Shown here: one piece after another, positions 8,216 through 18,790 of the stretch
How positions within the stretch are numbered: position 1 is the first letter of the stretch
Layout of the letters: the number at the start of each line of letters is the position of its first letter
Origin: Verrucomicrobiota bacterium
Lineage (GTDB): Bacteria; Verrucomicrobiota; Verrucomicrobiia; Opitutales; Intestinicryptomonadaceae
Assembly: GCA_003343565.1 (NCBI GenBank)
Contig: QALA01000079.1
Coordinates: forward strand, 2,937 to 66,936
Length of the DNA stretch: 64,000 nucleotides
Direction: 5' to 3'
The notes under the pieces: generated by a model
Databases searched by the model: none
What the model was told of the DNA's origin: nothing
Seen by the model: only the letters and a program-made list of their open reading frames with translations
Program-made: the position numbers and the translations under genes

Positions 8216-9826
8216 TTATGCGCGCATAGAGCGCATGCGCATTTTTACCGCCATAATCTGCGCGGCAAAACCGGACGATATTTGCATAATCACCCTATAG
8301 CCCGAACGCTGGAACGCGTCGCCGATTCGGTTTGATTGCGTGGCGTTTTTGGCAAGCCCGTCGGGTTCGACGTTTTCCGGAGACATGAACCAATCAAAAG
8401 CTTTTTTTGCGCGCGCCGCATAGGAGGAATCCGCGAATCCCGATTCGGCCGCAAGCGCAAAAGCCGCGGCGATACCGGTAGTTCCGGTAGCCTCCGAACC
8501 CGTTTTCGGGTCGTCCGCAAAACAGTACCAGCTTCCGTTAGGACACTGAAATTGCGCCAGATATTTGAGGCTGTCCGAAAGGGATTTTCTGATTTGCGAA
8601 ACGCCGTCGAGATTCGCGTTCTTAAGCTGCGAATCGCCAAGCACGCGAAGCGTCTGAACAAGCCCCAAGACAAACCACGCAGCCCCCCTCGACCAATTTC
8701 TCATGCGCGGATTTTTCCCCGGATTGGCCCGCTGGGAAATTCCGCCCTCCGAATCCACAAGCCTCGATATGCGCGCGCGAATTTCGTCTATGGCCGTCTG
8801 CGCAAGATTTTTATCCGAACGCATTGACGCAATCTGCATGAGCGGATACGCATAGGTATAACAGCCTTCCGTGCTCAAAAAACGCTTATCGGCGGAGACC
8901 TTCGCCGCGCGCTCTATTCTGGGCAGCGCCCAGTCCAAAAACATTCCTATGGACTTGTGTTCAGGGCGAAGTTTACATATGGCCACAAACGGCAGAAAGT
9001 CCTCTATCGAATGGAATCTTCCGTTCTCGCATGGGCGGGCGTCGGGATCGTTGAAGACTACGCCTTTCTCGTCGTCGAGAAAGAAATCCAGATGCGCCCG
9101 CAGCGCGCGGGCCGCCCTTGCGTCGCCCGATTGCGCAAGCTCGCGCAATCCCTCAGTCTGGCAGCCGCTCATCCAGCCGAACGGCAGTATCGAATTTAAC
9201 GAACAGAGATTTTCGTAAAATGCGGAGCGCGGATTAAAATCCTCCGAATAGAGAAGCATGTGGGGCGCAAGGGCGTCGAGAGTGGAGGCGACGGACTCCG
9301 AAAAGAGGCAAACCGGCTCTCCCCTTCTCAGCTTCTGCGCGTCGCCGCGCTCCGACAAAACGCGCGTCAGGCGGATTCCGAATCGCCCTATTTCCTCCGC
9401 GGCGGAGTTTGGAATATCCAGTCTCAGCGGTTCAAAGCCGAAGAGATTGACGACCTCCAATTTTGACAATACGCGGCCGTCTTTTGCCGAAAGCGCAATC
9501 AGTTCAAAGCAGTCCCTGTTCTCAAGCGCGTTGCCCAGGGCCAATTTGATTCTCGGATTTCTCAAACGCTTCAGTCTGTCCGAAAAATTTGGGAACTTCA
9601 GCAAGACTCCATCGGGACCGGTTTCGACTCCGAAACAATCGAGTCCGCCCGACGATCGTTTGCCGGCGGGTATCGGAGGCTTTTTCGCGCGCTCGACCTT
9701 TGCAAATACCCTTTCAAATCCGCATTCTTTTTCCGCCGCAAAAAGCCTTCCCGGCATTAATGCCGACGCGGCAAAGGCCGGCGCAAGACATGCAAATTTT
9801 CTTCTGTTGATTCTATTCTCATTCAT
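8216..9826 (-). CDS. Exported six-hairpin glycosidase-like protein (GH88/GH105-like C-terminal domain)
   Basis: N-terminus MNENRINRRKFACLAPAFAASALMPGRLFAAE is Tat/Sec-signal-like. The C-terminal half has NWSRGAAWFVLGL (compare W-x-RG-x-GW of GH88/105) and GSEATGTTGIAAAFALA. The N-terminal ~300 aa are unassigned. Confidence 0.65.
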   Translation of the reverse strand: MNENRINRRKFACLAPAFAASALMPGRLFAAEKECGFERVFAKVERAKKPPIPAGKRSSGGLDCFGVETGPDGVLLKFPNFSDRLKRLRNPRIKLALGNALENRDCFELIALSAKDGRVLSKLEVVNLFGFEPLRLDIPNSAAEEIGRFGIRLTRVLSERGDAQKLRRGEPVCLFSESVASTLDALAPHMLLYSEDFNPRSAFYENLCSLNSILPFGWMSGCQTEGLRELAQSGDARAARALRAHLDFFLDDEKGVVFNDPDARPCENGRFHSIEDFLPFVAICKLRPEHKSIGMFLDWALPRIERAAKVSADKRFLSTEGCYTYAYPLMQIASMRSDKNLAQTAIDEIRARISRLVDSEGGISQRANPGKNPRMRNWSRGAAWFVLGLVQTLRVLGDSQLKNANLDGVSQIRKSLSDSLKYLAQFQCPNGSWYCFADDPKTGSEATGTTGIAAAFALAAESGFADSSYAARAKKAFDWFMSPENVEPDGLAKNATQSNRIGDAFQRSGYRVIMQISSGFAAQIMAVKMRMRSMRA

Positions 9827-10186
9827 AATGCAAAAACTGGGAAATCGGAGGATAGTAAAACAAGACTAAAATTTTTTGAGGCTCTGGTCAATCCCCATTA
9901 ACGACAAACGCGTCAGATGCGGTGAGCTCATTTTCAAAAAGATTTTCCAATGCCATCAAGAGTTTTAGCGCAGAAACTCTCGTCTCCGTCCGACGCGAAA
10001 TAAGCGCAAAAAAACAGACGCAAAAAGGCAAAAATCCAATCGCGGCCAAGCCGCCATCGCCAATCCGATTCGCCCGGCTTTAAGCAATGCCGCCTTCCGA
10101 CGCGTTCCCCCTCCCCCCGCGCTTCGCCGGCAGCCTATGCGGAAGAAAAAATTTTATCTAAAAAAATTTTTTCGCAGTTTTTGCCG

Positions 10187-11533
10187 TTAGGCTTTTTCGG
10201 CGCCGCTTTCGATATATACTGAAGTCGACGGGAAGGCAAAGGAAAGCCCGTTTTTATCCACCACGCGCATTATCGCAAGATTTACGCGGCGCTTTGTGGC
10301 GCTAAAATAGGCGAAATCTATGCGCTTAGTGTAATATATCAAGTTGATGTCGAGCGACGACGGACCGAATTCGACAAACTCCGCCAATACGCCGTTTGCC
10401 CTGTCTACGCCCTCGACTTCCAAAATCGCCTCGCGCAAATCGGCGAGCGCCTTCTCCATCTGTTCGGTCGTAGTCGAGTACGTCAGCCCAATAGTCTGCG
10501 TCACCTTGCGCACGGGCATCTTTGAAAAGTTTTCGACGGACTCCTTCGCCAAAGTTGAATTTGGAATGGAAACGAGCGTCTTTGAGAACGTCCTTATTCT
10601 TGTGGAGCGAAAGCCTATCGCCTCCACATTGCCCTCGCATTCCGAAGTCTTGACCCAGTCGCCGACTATGAACGGCCGGTCTATGATAATCGAAACCGAA
10701 CCGAAGAAATTGGCTATCGTGTCCTGCGAGGCGAACGCAAGAGCCATGCCGCCTATGCCGAGAGAGGCGATAATCGTATTTACGTTTATGCCGCAGTTTG
10801 TGAGTATCGAAAGCAGCGCTATGATTATTATAATGGATTTGAATACGCGCCTCAAAAATTCGATGAGATTCGCCGTGGCGGACGCGGAACGCGCCTTGAG
10901 TTTTTCTCTCAAGCCTTCAAAAAACGCGTCGCACACAATGACGACGCCCCAAAAGCACGCAATCCAAAACAAAATGCCCACGGCTCTCGACGTCACCGCA
11001 ACCGTTCCGGAATCCCTGAGTATGAACGCGAGGGCGAAATACAGGCCCACCGCCCATACCATCATGCTGGCCGGTCTTCGGAGGGCCGACACGAAGGCCT
11101 TTGCAAACACGGTTCGATCCGATCTCGAAAAAAACTTCTCCAGATACGCGAATGGGAAACCCATGACGTACCTTACTATTATAAACACGGCCAAAATCGT
11201 CGAAAATGCGGCAAGGTATTGGATCAGCCGCACGCCGAAATATTTTTCCACTAAAAAATTTGCGCTTTCAGGCGATATGCCGCGAACGTACTCCAATACG
11301 CTCCTGAGGTGGCGGCGAATGTTTTTTGCCGTTTCGACCGCCTCCCTGTCCATTTCTTCAAGACGCTTTTGAAGCTCGACCTCCTCCGGCGTCGGCTTTT
11401 TTTCCACTGCGGACGCCTCGACCGATGTTGTCGCAGGCGCCGCAGCATCGGAAGCCGGCGTCTGCCCCCGGCACAAAAAGGCCGAGCACGTCAAAACTGC
11501 AATTAGCAATATCAGGTATCTCGATATTTTCAT
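10187..11533 (-). CDS. Mechanosensitive ion channel (MscS family) with N-terminal signal/extra domain
   Basis: Trimmed to ATG 11533 (MKISRYLILLIAVLTCSAFLCRGQ). Multiple TM helices and the MscS core GGMALAFASQDTIANFFGSVSIIIDRPFIVGDWV. Confidence 0.85.
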   Translation of the reverse strand: MKISRYLILLIAVLTCSAFLCRGQTPASDAAAPATTSVEASAVEKKPTPEEVELQKRLEEMDREAVETAKNIRRHLRSVLEYVRGISPESANFLVEKYFGVRLIQYLAAFSTILAVFIIVRYVMGFPFAYLEKFFSRSDRTVFAKAFVSALRRPASMMVWAVGLYFALAFILRDSGTVAVTSRAVGILFWIACFWGVVIVCDAFFEGLREKLKARSASATANLIEFLRRVFKSIIIIIALLSILTNCGINVNTIIASLGIGGMALAFASQDTIANFFGSVSIIIDRPFIVGDWVKTSECEGNVEAIGFRSTRIRTFSKTLVSIPNSTLAKESVENFSKMPVRKVTQTIGLTYSTTTEQMEKALADLREAILEVEGVDRANGVLAEFVEFGPSSLDINLIYYTKRIDFAYFSATKRRVNLAIMRVVDKNGLSFAFPSTSVYIESGAEKA

Positions 11534-11933
11534 ATTAGCAAAAATTTGCGTTATCCATACGGAAAAAACGCCGCATATCAATTAAAATCCCGCATAAAAG
11601 CGGCATATGGCGTTTTTTTCATACGGCGAAGAAGGCGCGCGCCGCAAGCAAAAAATCCTATAACGCCCTTTGCCGCTGTTGCGAACGATAAATCTTCGCG
11701 AATTTTTATCCGGCGCAAAATGCCATTTTCCGCGGCTATCCGTTGCGAGCTTTCTGATTACTTTTCTCCTCGCTCTCCCGAAAAAAATTCGTCCGCAGGA
11801 TTTAAAATAAAAACTTAAACGTTTCCGCTTGCCGCTGTGCGGAAATCGCGCCAAATCTCTTCGGAATTGCGCCGACACGTTTAATATATAAAGACGCATT
11901 TGAAAAGATGCTGACGGCAAAAATTAAACAAAG

Positions 11934-11962
11934 GCGAAAAATCCCGCATCAAAAAAATGCGG
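11934..11962 (-). terminator. Putative intrinsic terminator downstream of the CNNM/CorC gene
   Basis: Minus strand reads ccgcat-ttttttg-atgcgg followed by gATTTTT. About 170 nt after the stop at 12135. Confidence 0.45.
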
Positions 11963-12134
11963 AACGCAAGCGCCGCAAATCCGACGGCCGCCTGCCGCCG
12001 CGCAAAAATTCGACAGCCGCCTGCGCAATTATAATAAACAGGCCGACCCGTTGTAAGACGCCGACGAAACAGCCGCCGAAAACCCCGGCACTCCCCGCGC
12101 CCGATTCAATCGCGCGCCCGGCCGATTTCTTTAA

Positions 12135-13406
12135 TCAGGAGCCGCTTTCCGGAATGCGCGTTATGAGAATCTTGTCGATTCTTGCGCCGTCCATGTCGAC
12201 GACCTCAAGCCTAAGTCCGTTCCAATCCACAAATTCCCCCGCATGCGGTATGCGCTGAAGCCTCTCAAGAATTATGCCGCCGACGGTGTTGCAATTTTCC
12301 GAAACGTCGTCTATTCCGAAAAAAATCAGAAAATCGTGGAACGGGCACTGTCCGTCGACAAGCCAGGAACCGTCCTTTCGCTCTATTATGTCGCTGTCCT
12401 CTCCGATCTCCGGCATGTCTCCGAGAACGGCGTCTATTACGTCGTTGAGAGTCACCATTCCGAGGGTCACGCCGAATTCGTTGCAGACAACCGCGCTCTT
12501 GACGCGCGCGCGGCGCATCTGCTCCAACGCGTGGTAGATCTTCGTTCCGTCTTTGAAATAGTGCACGGGCTGCAATGCGGAGGATACGCTGAAATTGTCG
12601 TCGGCGATTTTTGCGCACAAGTCTTTGAGAGCCGCGATTCCCTCCAATTCGTCGAGGCTCTCTCCGGCCACGGGATAGTTGGCGTGCGGAAAATTCTTCA
12701 CAGTCTCTGCGACCTCGTCCGCCGACATGTCCGGACGAATTTTTACTATTTCATTGCGCGGCGTCATTATCGCGCCCACGCATCTGTCGCCCAACGAAAA
12801 CACGCGCTCGACAATATCGCGTTCGATTTTCTGGATTTCGCCGCTTGCCTCCCCCTCGGCTATCATGGATTTTATCTCGCGCTCCGTCACGCGGCTTTCC
12901 GAGGGACCGATTTTTAAAAATCGCAAAACCGCCCCCGTGGATTTTTCCAAAATAAATACGAAAGGCGCGGCGGACTTGGACAAAAGCGTCATGGACGGGG
13001 CCACAATCTTGGCCACCCTTTCGGGCGCGGAGTATCCGAGCCTCTTCGGGACAAGTTCGCCGAAAATCAGCGTCAAATAAGTTGCGACCGCGACAATCGC
13101 CGCCTGGGAGCACAAAATTGCGGCGCGTTCGGGAAGTCCGAATCCGGCGAGCCAATCCGCGAACTTTCCCGCCAGCGCGTCTCCCGAATATATGCCGGTC
13201 AAGATTCCGATCAAAGTTATCCCGATCTGGACGGTGGAAAAAAATTTGTCGGGATTTCCGGCCAGTGCAAGAGCTTCGCGCGCGCGCCTATCCCCGTTTT
13301 TCGCCTCGGCCGAAAGGCTTGATTTGCGAAGAGACACCAATGCGATTTCGGACATCGCCAATACGCCGTTTGCCAAAATAAGTACGGCAATTATGAAAAA
13401 CTCCAT
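12135..13406 (-). CDS. CNNM/CorC/TlyC-family transporter-associated protein (DUF21-CBS-CorC_HlyC)
   Basis: Start moved to ATG 13406 (MEFFIIAVLILANGVLAMSEIALVS). The listed start at 13415 is TTG. N-terminal TM DUF21 region, CBS pair region, C-terminal CorC/HlyC-type domain (DGSWLVDGQCPFHDF...RLEVVDMDGARIDKILI). Confidence 0.85.
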   Translation of the reverse strand: MEFFIIAVLILANGVLAMSEIALVSLRKSSLSAEAKNGDRRAREALALAGNPDKFFSTVQIGITLIGILTGIYSGDALAGKFADWLAGFGLPERAAILCSQAAIVAVATYLTLIFGELVPKRLGYSAPERVAKIVAPSMTLLSKSAAPFVFILEKSTGAVLRFLKIGPSESRVTEREIKSMIAEGEASGEIQKIERDIVERVFSLGDRCVGAIMTPRNEIVKIRPDMSADEVAETVKNFPHANYPVAGESLDELEGIAALKDLCAKIADDNFSVSSALQPVHYFKDGTKIYHALEQMRRARVKSAVVCNEFGVTLGMVTLNDVIDAVLGDMPEIGEDSDIIERKDGSWLVDGQCPFHDFLIFFGIDDVSENCNTVGGIILERLQRIPHAGEFVDWNGLRLEVVDMDGARIDKILITRIPESGS

Positions 13407-14000
13407 ACGAAACAATCGTCTTTAAACTCAAAGTGAGTGTCAACTCAAAAGTCGGCATGGCGGTTGACTTGAAGGCGGTCTCCGGCGAAAAAAATCGAAG
13501 GGGCGAAAGGCGTTTTTTCACTCCGAAAAATTTGCGCCGACGCCCTTTCCCAATCTCCTCTTCCACGCCCGTCTTCAGAATCTTAAGTCCTTCCCATACC
13601 CGCATATTTTGCGCGAGGCGGCGCGCAAATCCAAAGTGTGCGCCGCAGAATGAAATGCCGATTTCTCCGGCATTCGGATTAGTCCGTATTCGCCCTCTAT
13701 CGCGCGCGGACGATTTTAACGTTTGAGTTCGGCGGTTATTCCGCCTGCGCAATCTGTGCGATATTGCCCTGATGACGTGAAAGATGGAATTAGAAACGAA
13801 AAATGGCGGGAAAAATAATGGGAAATTACGGGAATTTAAAGGCTTTGGGGCGGACCTGTCGGCCGGGTTTGAGTTTGAAAACTTTTTGTGCCGGCGTCAC
13901 CGAATAAACTAAGATTTGGAAAGGTTTTCGCCATGTTCCAAGCTTAACACAAGCTGCCCCCCCTGCGACCTTCCTGAACTGCCCTTGCAAAAATGCGCCT

Positions 14001-14031
14001 AAAAAAAGAGCGGCGGATTTTTGTCCGCGCG
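14001..14031 (-). terminator. Putative intrinsic terminator of tig
   Basis: Minus strand reads gcgcgga-caaaaa-tccg(c)cgc followed by tcTTTTTTT. About 35 nt after the tig stop. Confidence 0.55.
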
Positions 14032-14065
14032 CCCGATTGAAAGAATGGGAAAACTCCGTTTTACA

Positions 14066-15376
14066 CTAAGCTTTCGCCGCCGCTTCGGTCACTTCCGCCT
14101 TCTGCGCGATAAAGTTAATCGCCTTCTGAAGCAGCGCGTCGGAGCGCAGGCGGTTGCGCCGCTGAGGATCGCTGCGAAGCTGCTTTATGAGCTCGTCGGG
14201 CTTGGTTCTTGTGCGCATGGCCTCCTGCCAAAGCATGCGGCTGAGGTCCTCATTCTCAACCTTTATGTCGTTTGCCTTCGCCACGCGATCGAGGAAAATG
14301 CGCATTTTCGCGCGCCCTTCCGCTTCTTTTCCGGCATTTTCAAATATCGCGGCCTTGTTTTTTTCGATGTCTTCGGCCGTGGCCCCGGAAGCCATAAAGC
14401 GCGCCATCATCTCTTCGAGAATAGACTGGCGCTCGTTTTCGACAGCCGACTCCGGCAGGGGAAACGAACACTTCTGCATGAGCTGTTCGACCGCCGATTG
14501 GCGCTTAATTATCTCATTGTTCGACTTCTTGTCGTTGGATATATCGCCCGCAATCTTCGCGCGCAAAGCCTCGATATTTTCCACTTCAAAAGCCTTGAAA
14601 AATTCCGAATCAAGCTCCGGCAGTCTCTTTTCGCGCACTTCAAGTATTTCGACATCGTAAAGGGCCTTTTTGCCCGCCGCGCCCTCGTCGGGAAATTCTT
14701 TCGGAAATTCGTGCTCGACGGTTTTCTTTTCGCCCTTCTTCATGCCTAAAATGCCCTGCACTATCGACTGCACGCCCGGAGCCTCCTCGTTGCCGGCCTC
14801 CTCCCAAGTGGACTTTTGATCCGCGTAAATCGGCGCCTGGACAAGTTCCCTAACCGGCTTTCCGTCTATAGAGCCGGAGTATGCCAGACGGACGAAATCG
14901 CCTTTTTTTATCTCCCTGTCGACCTCCTCGTACTTCGCCCTCTGGTTGCGGTAGTATTCGACGGCGTTGTTGATTTCCTCCTCGGTGGCCGCATCCGGAG
15001 GCAGCTCGACTTTGGTTGAAAGATCTTCGGGAAGCTTTACGTCGGGATATACGTCGGCGGTGAAGACGAGTTCCGCCCCGCCTTCGGCGTCTTTTTTCTC
15101 AAGGTTTACCACGGCGTACAACTCGACGTCCTTCAGTCCGTTGAGGGCTTCGATTGCCTTGTCGGCAAGGGAGCGTTCCGAGTGGTCGGCTATGGTTTTC
15201 GCGTAAACTTTTTCAACCCTGGCGCGCGGAGCCTTTCCCGGACGGAACCCCGCAATTTTGGCTTCCTTGCACACGTCGTCCACAACCTTGTTGCGGTTAT
15301 CCGCAACTTCGTCTGCGGAGAATTGCACGGATATTTTCCTCCGCGTATCGTTTATATTTTCTACTTTCGTATTCAT
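14066..15376 (-). CDS. tig: Trigger factor
   Basis: 436 aa. N-terminal ribosome-binding domain with GFRPGKAP signature, central FKBP-type PPIase region, C-terminal helical arm domain. Confidence 0.9.
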   Translation of the reverse strand: MNTKVENINDTRRKISVQFSADEVADNRNKVVDDVCKEAKIAGFRPGKAPRARVEKVYAKTIADHSERSLADKAIEALNGLKDVELYAVVNLEKKDAEGGAELVFTADVYPDVKLPEDLSTKVELPPDAATEEEINNAVEYYRNQRAKYEEVDREIKKGDFVRLAYSGSIDGKPVRELVQAPIYADQKSTWEEAGNEEAPGVQSIVQGILGMKKGEKKTVEHEFPKEFPDEGAAGKKALYDVEILEVREKRLPELDSEFFKAFEVENIEALRAKIAGDISNDKKSNNEIIKRQSAVEQLMQKCSFPLPESAVENERQSILEEMMARFMASGATAEDIEKNKAAIFENAGKEAEGRAKMRIFLDRVAKANDIKVENEDLSRMLWQEAMRTRTKPDELIKQLRSDPQRRNRLRSDALLQKAINFIAQKAEVTEAAAKA

Positions 15377-15738
15377 AATGCTAAATTATATTCCGATCTC
15401 TACATTTCGAGGCCGATTGTTTCCGCTTGGAAACGCACAGTTTAAGCCGTTTACAATGCCCATCAAACGTGCGGCGTCAAGCAAACTTTGGAGCGAGTTT
15501 CCCGATGAAAAGAGTCCCCTCTAAAACGGGACGTTTCCCGCGCCGAGAAACTCGACGGAAAACCCGGCTGAAAGAAAACGGAACGCCCTAAGACGAGACG
15601 CCCTAAACCCGAACGCTTCCCGCACAAACGCTCGCCCCATGCAACTGCCTTTTCGCAATAAAAACTCCTGCGGCGTCCTCGCCCGGATATTCCAAACTTT
15701 GTCCGCGTTTTAGGTGCGATTTTATTTTCCGCCCACCC

Positions 15739-15771
15739 GATTCCATATTGTATCCCAAAGATTCCATATTG
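15739..15771. repeat. Perfect 12-nt direct repeat (gattccatattg) with 21-nt phasing
   Basis: gattccatattg occurs at 15739-15750 and again at 15760-15771. It lies in the 672-bp spacer upstream of tig. Confidence 0.6.
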
Positions 15772-15944
15772 CCCATAAAAAATCTTTCGGCAAAAAAATA
15801 TAAAAAACGTGCGGCAATTTCCCCCGCCGCTCCCCTCCGCATTCAGATTCCGCCAGACGAATTTGCCGACAGCGAAGATTGCAGGGCAATTCGCAAAACG
15901 TTTCTAAGGCAATTCGCAAAAAAATTTGCAAAAAATACGCGCGC

Positions 15945-15981
15945 AAAAAAAGGGACGCTCCTAACCGGAAACGCCCCTTTC
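15945..15981 (-). terminator. Putative intrinsic terminator of the Gfo/Idh/MocA gene
   Basis: Minus strand reads aggggcg-(14-nt loop)-cgtccct (7 bp including one G-U) followed by TTTTTTT. About 70 nt after the stop at 16049. Confidence 0.55.
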
Positions 15982-16048
15982 TAAATTGAATTTTTGAACG
16001 GCAAATTCGCGCGCGCATTCCGGCCGCGCACATGATGCCTGCCGCGCG

Positions 16049-17437
16049 CTATATCTTCGGAGCGGACGGCAGAAATTCGCTGCGATACGAATAGAGCGAC
16101 CGCGTGAGCTTGTCGGCCTCCGGAAAATTCGGGAAGGACATTGTGGCGGAGTCGTAGCGCAGCTCCACGCCGGGATTGACGCAGGAAATCATGCTCAAAA
16201 GCGCCAATTCGGTAAACGGAGCGGCGTAGTCGAAATTGGATTCCGGCATTCTTCCCTCAACGCAAGCGTTGGCCCAATCCCGCTGCGGATTGTACGGGAA
16301 GCGGTTGCGCGGAATCGTTTTCGGCGGAATTTTCTTCGCCTTCATCAGCTCGATCTGCGCGTCCCTGTCGGTGAGGCGAACCTCGCTTCCGGTATATTTG
16401 AACGTCATCGTGTGCTTGGTGCCGACTATGAAAATGCAGTTGTTGTTCTTGGGATCCTCCAGAAATGCCGGATCCACGCGCTTGATTTGCTTCGGCTTTC
16501 TTCCGCCGTCGTACCAGTGCAGCTTTACGACTCCGTCAACCCCGTATTTGTTGTCGAAAAACATGTCTATTGAAGACGCCTTCGGCCAGCTGAAATCTTT
16601 GGCCGCAAGCGCGTCGGAAACAATTTTTGACGGCGCGCCAAGCTGAAAGGCCGAATACGGGTTGTCGAGAAAATGGCAGGCCATGTCGCCCGCCGAGCCC
16701 GTTCCGAAATTGCGCAAACCGCGCCAATTAAACGGCACGACCCGATTGCTGTACGGCTGATATTGGGCCACATTCAACCATAAATTGTAGTCGAGAGTAT
16801 CGGGGATTTTATCGGTTGCCGGCGGCGGAACGTCAAAGCCCCAATCGCGGTTTGTCCACGCATAGATGTCCTCAACCTGCCCCATTATTCCGGAGTCGAA
16901 CCACTCGCGTATTGTGCGCCACGCGTCGTTGGTATGGACTTGGTTTCCCATTTGCGTATATACCCCGGCCTCCTTCGCCATGCGCCGAAGTTCGCGCGTC
17001 TCCCAAATCGTGCGGGCCAGCGGCTTTTCGCAGAACACGTGTTTGCCCATAGCTATCGCCCATGCCGAAATCGGATAGTGGGAATGGTCCGGCGTGCACA
17101 CGGCCACCGCGTCTATCTGTTTGCCCATCTTGTCCAACATTACGCGATAGTCGCGGAACTTCTCGACGGTCCTGAGCGAATCAAAAAGCTCAGGCTCCTT
17201 TTTGTAGGTGTTAGCCACTCTGGCGTCGTCGACATCGCACAGAGCGACAATCTCGGAATCCTTTCCCGCGTGCAGGGATTTGACCGTATACAGCCCCTGC
17301 CCGCCCCAGCCGACAACCGCAACCCTGAGGCGGGAATTGGCCCCCTTCGTCCGCGCCCAAGCCGAACTCGGAAGAATCAGTATCGAGCCCATTGCGGCCG
17401 CGCCCTTAATAAAATCTCTCCTTTTTATAGTCCCCAT
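16049..17437 (-). CDS. Gfo/Idh/MocA-family oxidoreductase with Tat signal
   Basis: MGTIKRRDFIKGAAAMGSILILPSSAWA twin-arginine signal, then Rossmann VAVVGWGGQG and a Gfo/Idh/MocA-type C-terminal domain. Confidence 0.9.
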   Translation of the reverse strand: MGTIKRRDFIKGAAAMGSILILPSSAWARTKGANSRLRVAVVGWGGQGLYTVKSLHAGKDSEIVALCDVDDARVANTYKKEPELFDSLRTVEKFRDYRVMLDKMGKQIDAVAVCTPDHSHYPISAWAIAMGKHVFCEKPLARTIWETRELRRMAKEAGVYTQMGNQVHTNDAWRTIREWFDSGIMGQVEDIYAWTNRDWGFDVPPPATDKIPDTLDYNLWLNVAQYQPYSNRVVPFNWRGLRNFGTGSAGDMACHFLDNPYSAFQLGAPSKIVSDALAAKDFSWPKASSIDMFFDNKYGVDGVVKLHWYDGGRKPKQIKRVDPAFLEDPKNNNCIFIVGTKHTMTFKYTGSEVRLTDRDAQIELMKAKKIPPKTIPRNRFPYNPQRDWANACVEGRMPESNFDYAAPFTELALLSMISCVNPGVELRYDSATMSFPNFPEADKLTRSLYSYRSEFLPSAPKI

Positions 17438-17742
17438 AATAATCTCCCTTCTGATTTAAGTTTACCGCAGTCGGCCAAAAAAATCAAATACCCTATTGCA
17501 AAAACACTGATACTTTTCCGAATGCGCGGCAGATGCGCAATGCGCGATACATGCAATGCGCAACGCATTCCCGCGCGCAGGCGAATTTCTCTGCTTCACA
17601 AGTCGCGCGTCCCCGCCCGCTCCGAAACGGACCCTCGGCGCGCGCGCCTTTGCAAGGGCCGACCAAGCGGGAGGCCGCCTTTACGCCGGCGCCGAAAATG
17701 CCAAACGCCCCTCCTACGCCGCGCGCGCAGAAATTTTGGCGC

Positions 17743-18585
17743 CTACTTGTACGTATTGTTGGCCTTCCTGTATTGCACCGGCGTGCAGCCCATTTGGGAG
17801 AGAAACTGCCTGTTGAAATTCGAAAGGTTTTCATAGCCGTTTGCAAACGCTATTTCGCTTATGCTCTTGTCGCCGAAAGAAATTTCCTTGCATATGCTCA
17901 GGATTCTTTGGCGCCTTATGAAACGCTTGATCGATATGTTTTTCTTCTTTGAAAAGATGCGGCCCATTTTTGCCACGTCCATGCCCACTCGTTTAGCCAG
18001 ATCCGGCATGGATATTTTGTCGCGGTAATTTTGCATAATATAGTTCTCAATGAAGGCCACGCGCCTGTCGGAGGAGGCGGAAGAAGAATTGGACGTTGAA
18101 TACACGGGAGTTTTGTCGGCGGATATGAACAGTTGGGCCAGCTCTAAAAACGCCGACAGCCTGCGAAGGTTTTTTGCGCCCGCCATCTTAAGAAAATGCC
18201 TGCGCACAAGCGGCGCTATCGCGGGATCGTAAATATAGGCGATTTCCCCGTTTTTAAACAGGTTCCACACGCTTGAAAAATCCACCAGCCCGGAAAACGC
18301 GTCTATCGGAAACTGCAAAAGATACCACTCGGTCCTTTTACATTCGCTGTCGGATATGTAGGTGTGCGGAACATTCGGGGCGACGAGAGAAACGTGGTTG
18401 TCGTCGATTGAATGCACTATGCCCTCCACCACAAATTTTCCGAAGCCCCTCTCCATGGCGGTAAGCTCGCACAGGGGGTGGAGGTGGTACGAGGCGTCAA
18501 AATGCACGCGCTTGTTGTGAACCGTCCTAAATGCGGTATAGGCCGGCGGGACGGAATTTTCGTATTCCAATGAAAACTTTTTCAT
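17743..18585 (-). CDS. AraC-family transcriptional regulator
   Basis: C-terminal double HTH (ISMPDLAKRVGMDVAKMGRIFSKKKNISIKRFIRRQRILSICKEISFGDKSISEIAFANGYENLSNFNRQFLSQMGCTPVQYR) with an N-terminal cupin-like sensor. ATG at 18585 is preferred over the GTG at 18591. Confidence 0.85.
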   Translation of the reverse strand: MKKFSLEYENSVPPAYTAFRTVHNKRVHFDASYHLHPLCELTAMERGFGKFVVEGIVHSIDDNHVSLVAPNVPHTYISDSECKRTEWYLLQFPIDAFSGLVDFSSVWNLFKNGEIAYIYDPAIAPLVRRHFLKMAGAKNLRRLSAFLELAQLFISADKTPVYSTSNSSSASSDRRVAFIENYIMQNYRDKISMPDLAKRVGMDVAKMGRIFSKKKNISIKRFIRRQRILSICKEISFGDKSISEIAFANGYENLSNFNRQFLSQMGCTPVQYRKANNTYK

Positions 18586-18671
18586 CGCCACAAATTACGC
18601 TAAATATGCGCCGAGAAAAAAATGGCAATAAAAATAATACTTTTTTGCAACCGATACTTTTTATGAAAATG

Positions 18672-18697
18672 CAAAAAACGTTCGCCGAAACGAACGT
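18672..18697 (-). terminator. Intrinsic terminator of the beta-helix protein gene
   Basis: Minus strand reads acgttcg-tttcgg-cgaacgt (7-bp perfect stem) followed by TTTTT. About 95 nt after the stop at 18791. Confidence 0.65.
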
Positions 18698-18790
18698 GGC
18701 GCGCAATACCCAAAACGGCGCGTTTCTCGCAGGCATTCCCTAAAAGAAACGCGCAGGATTAAAAAAAGGCTGCGGACGAAAATTTTTCGG

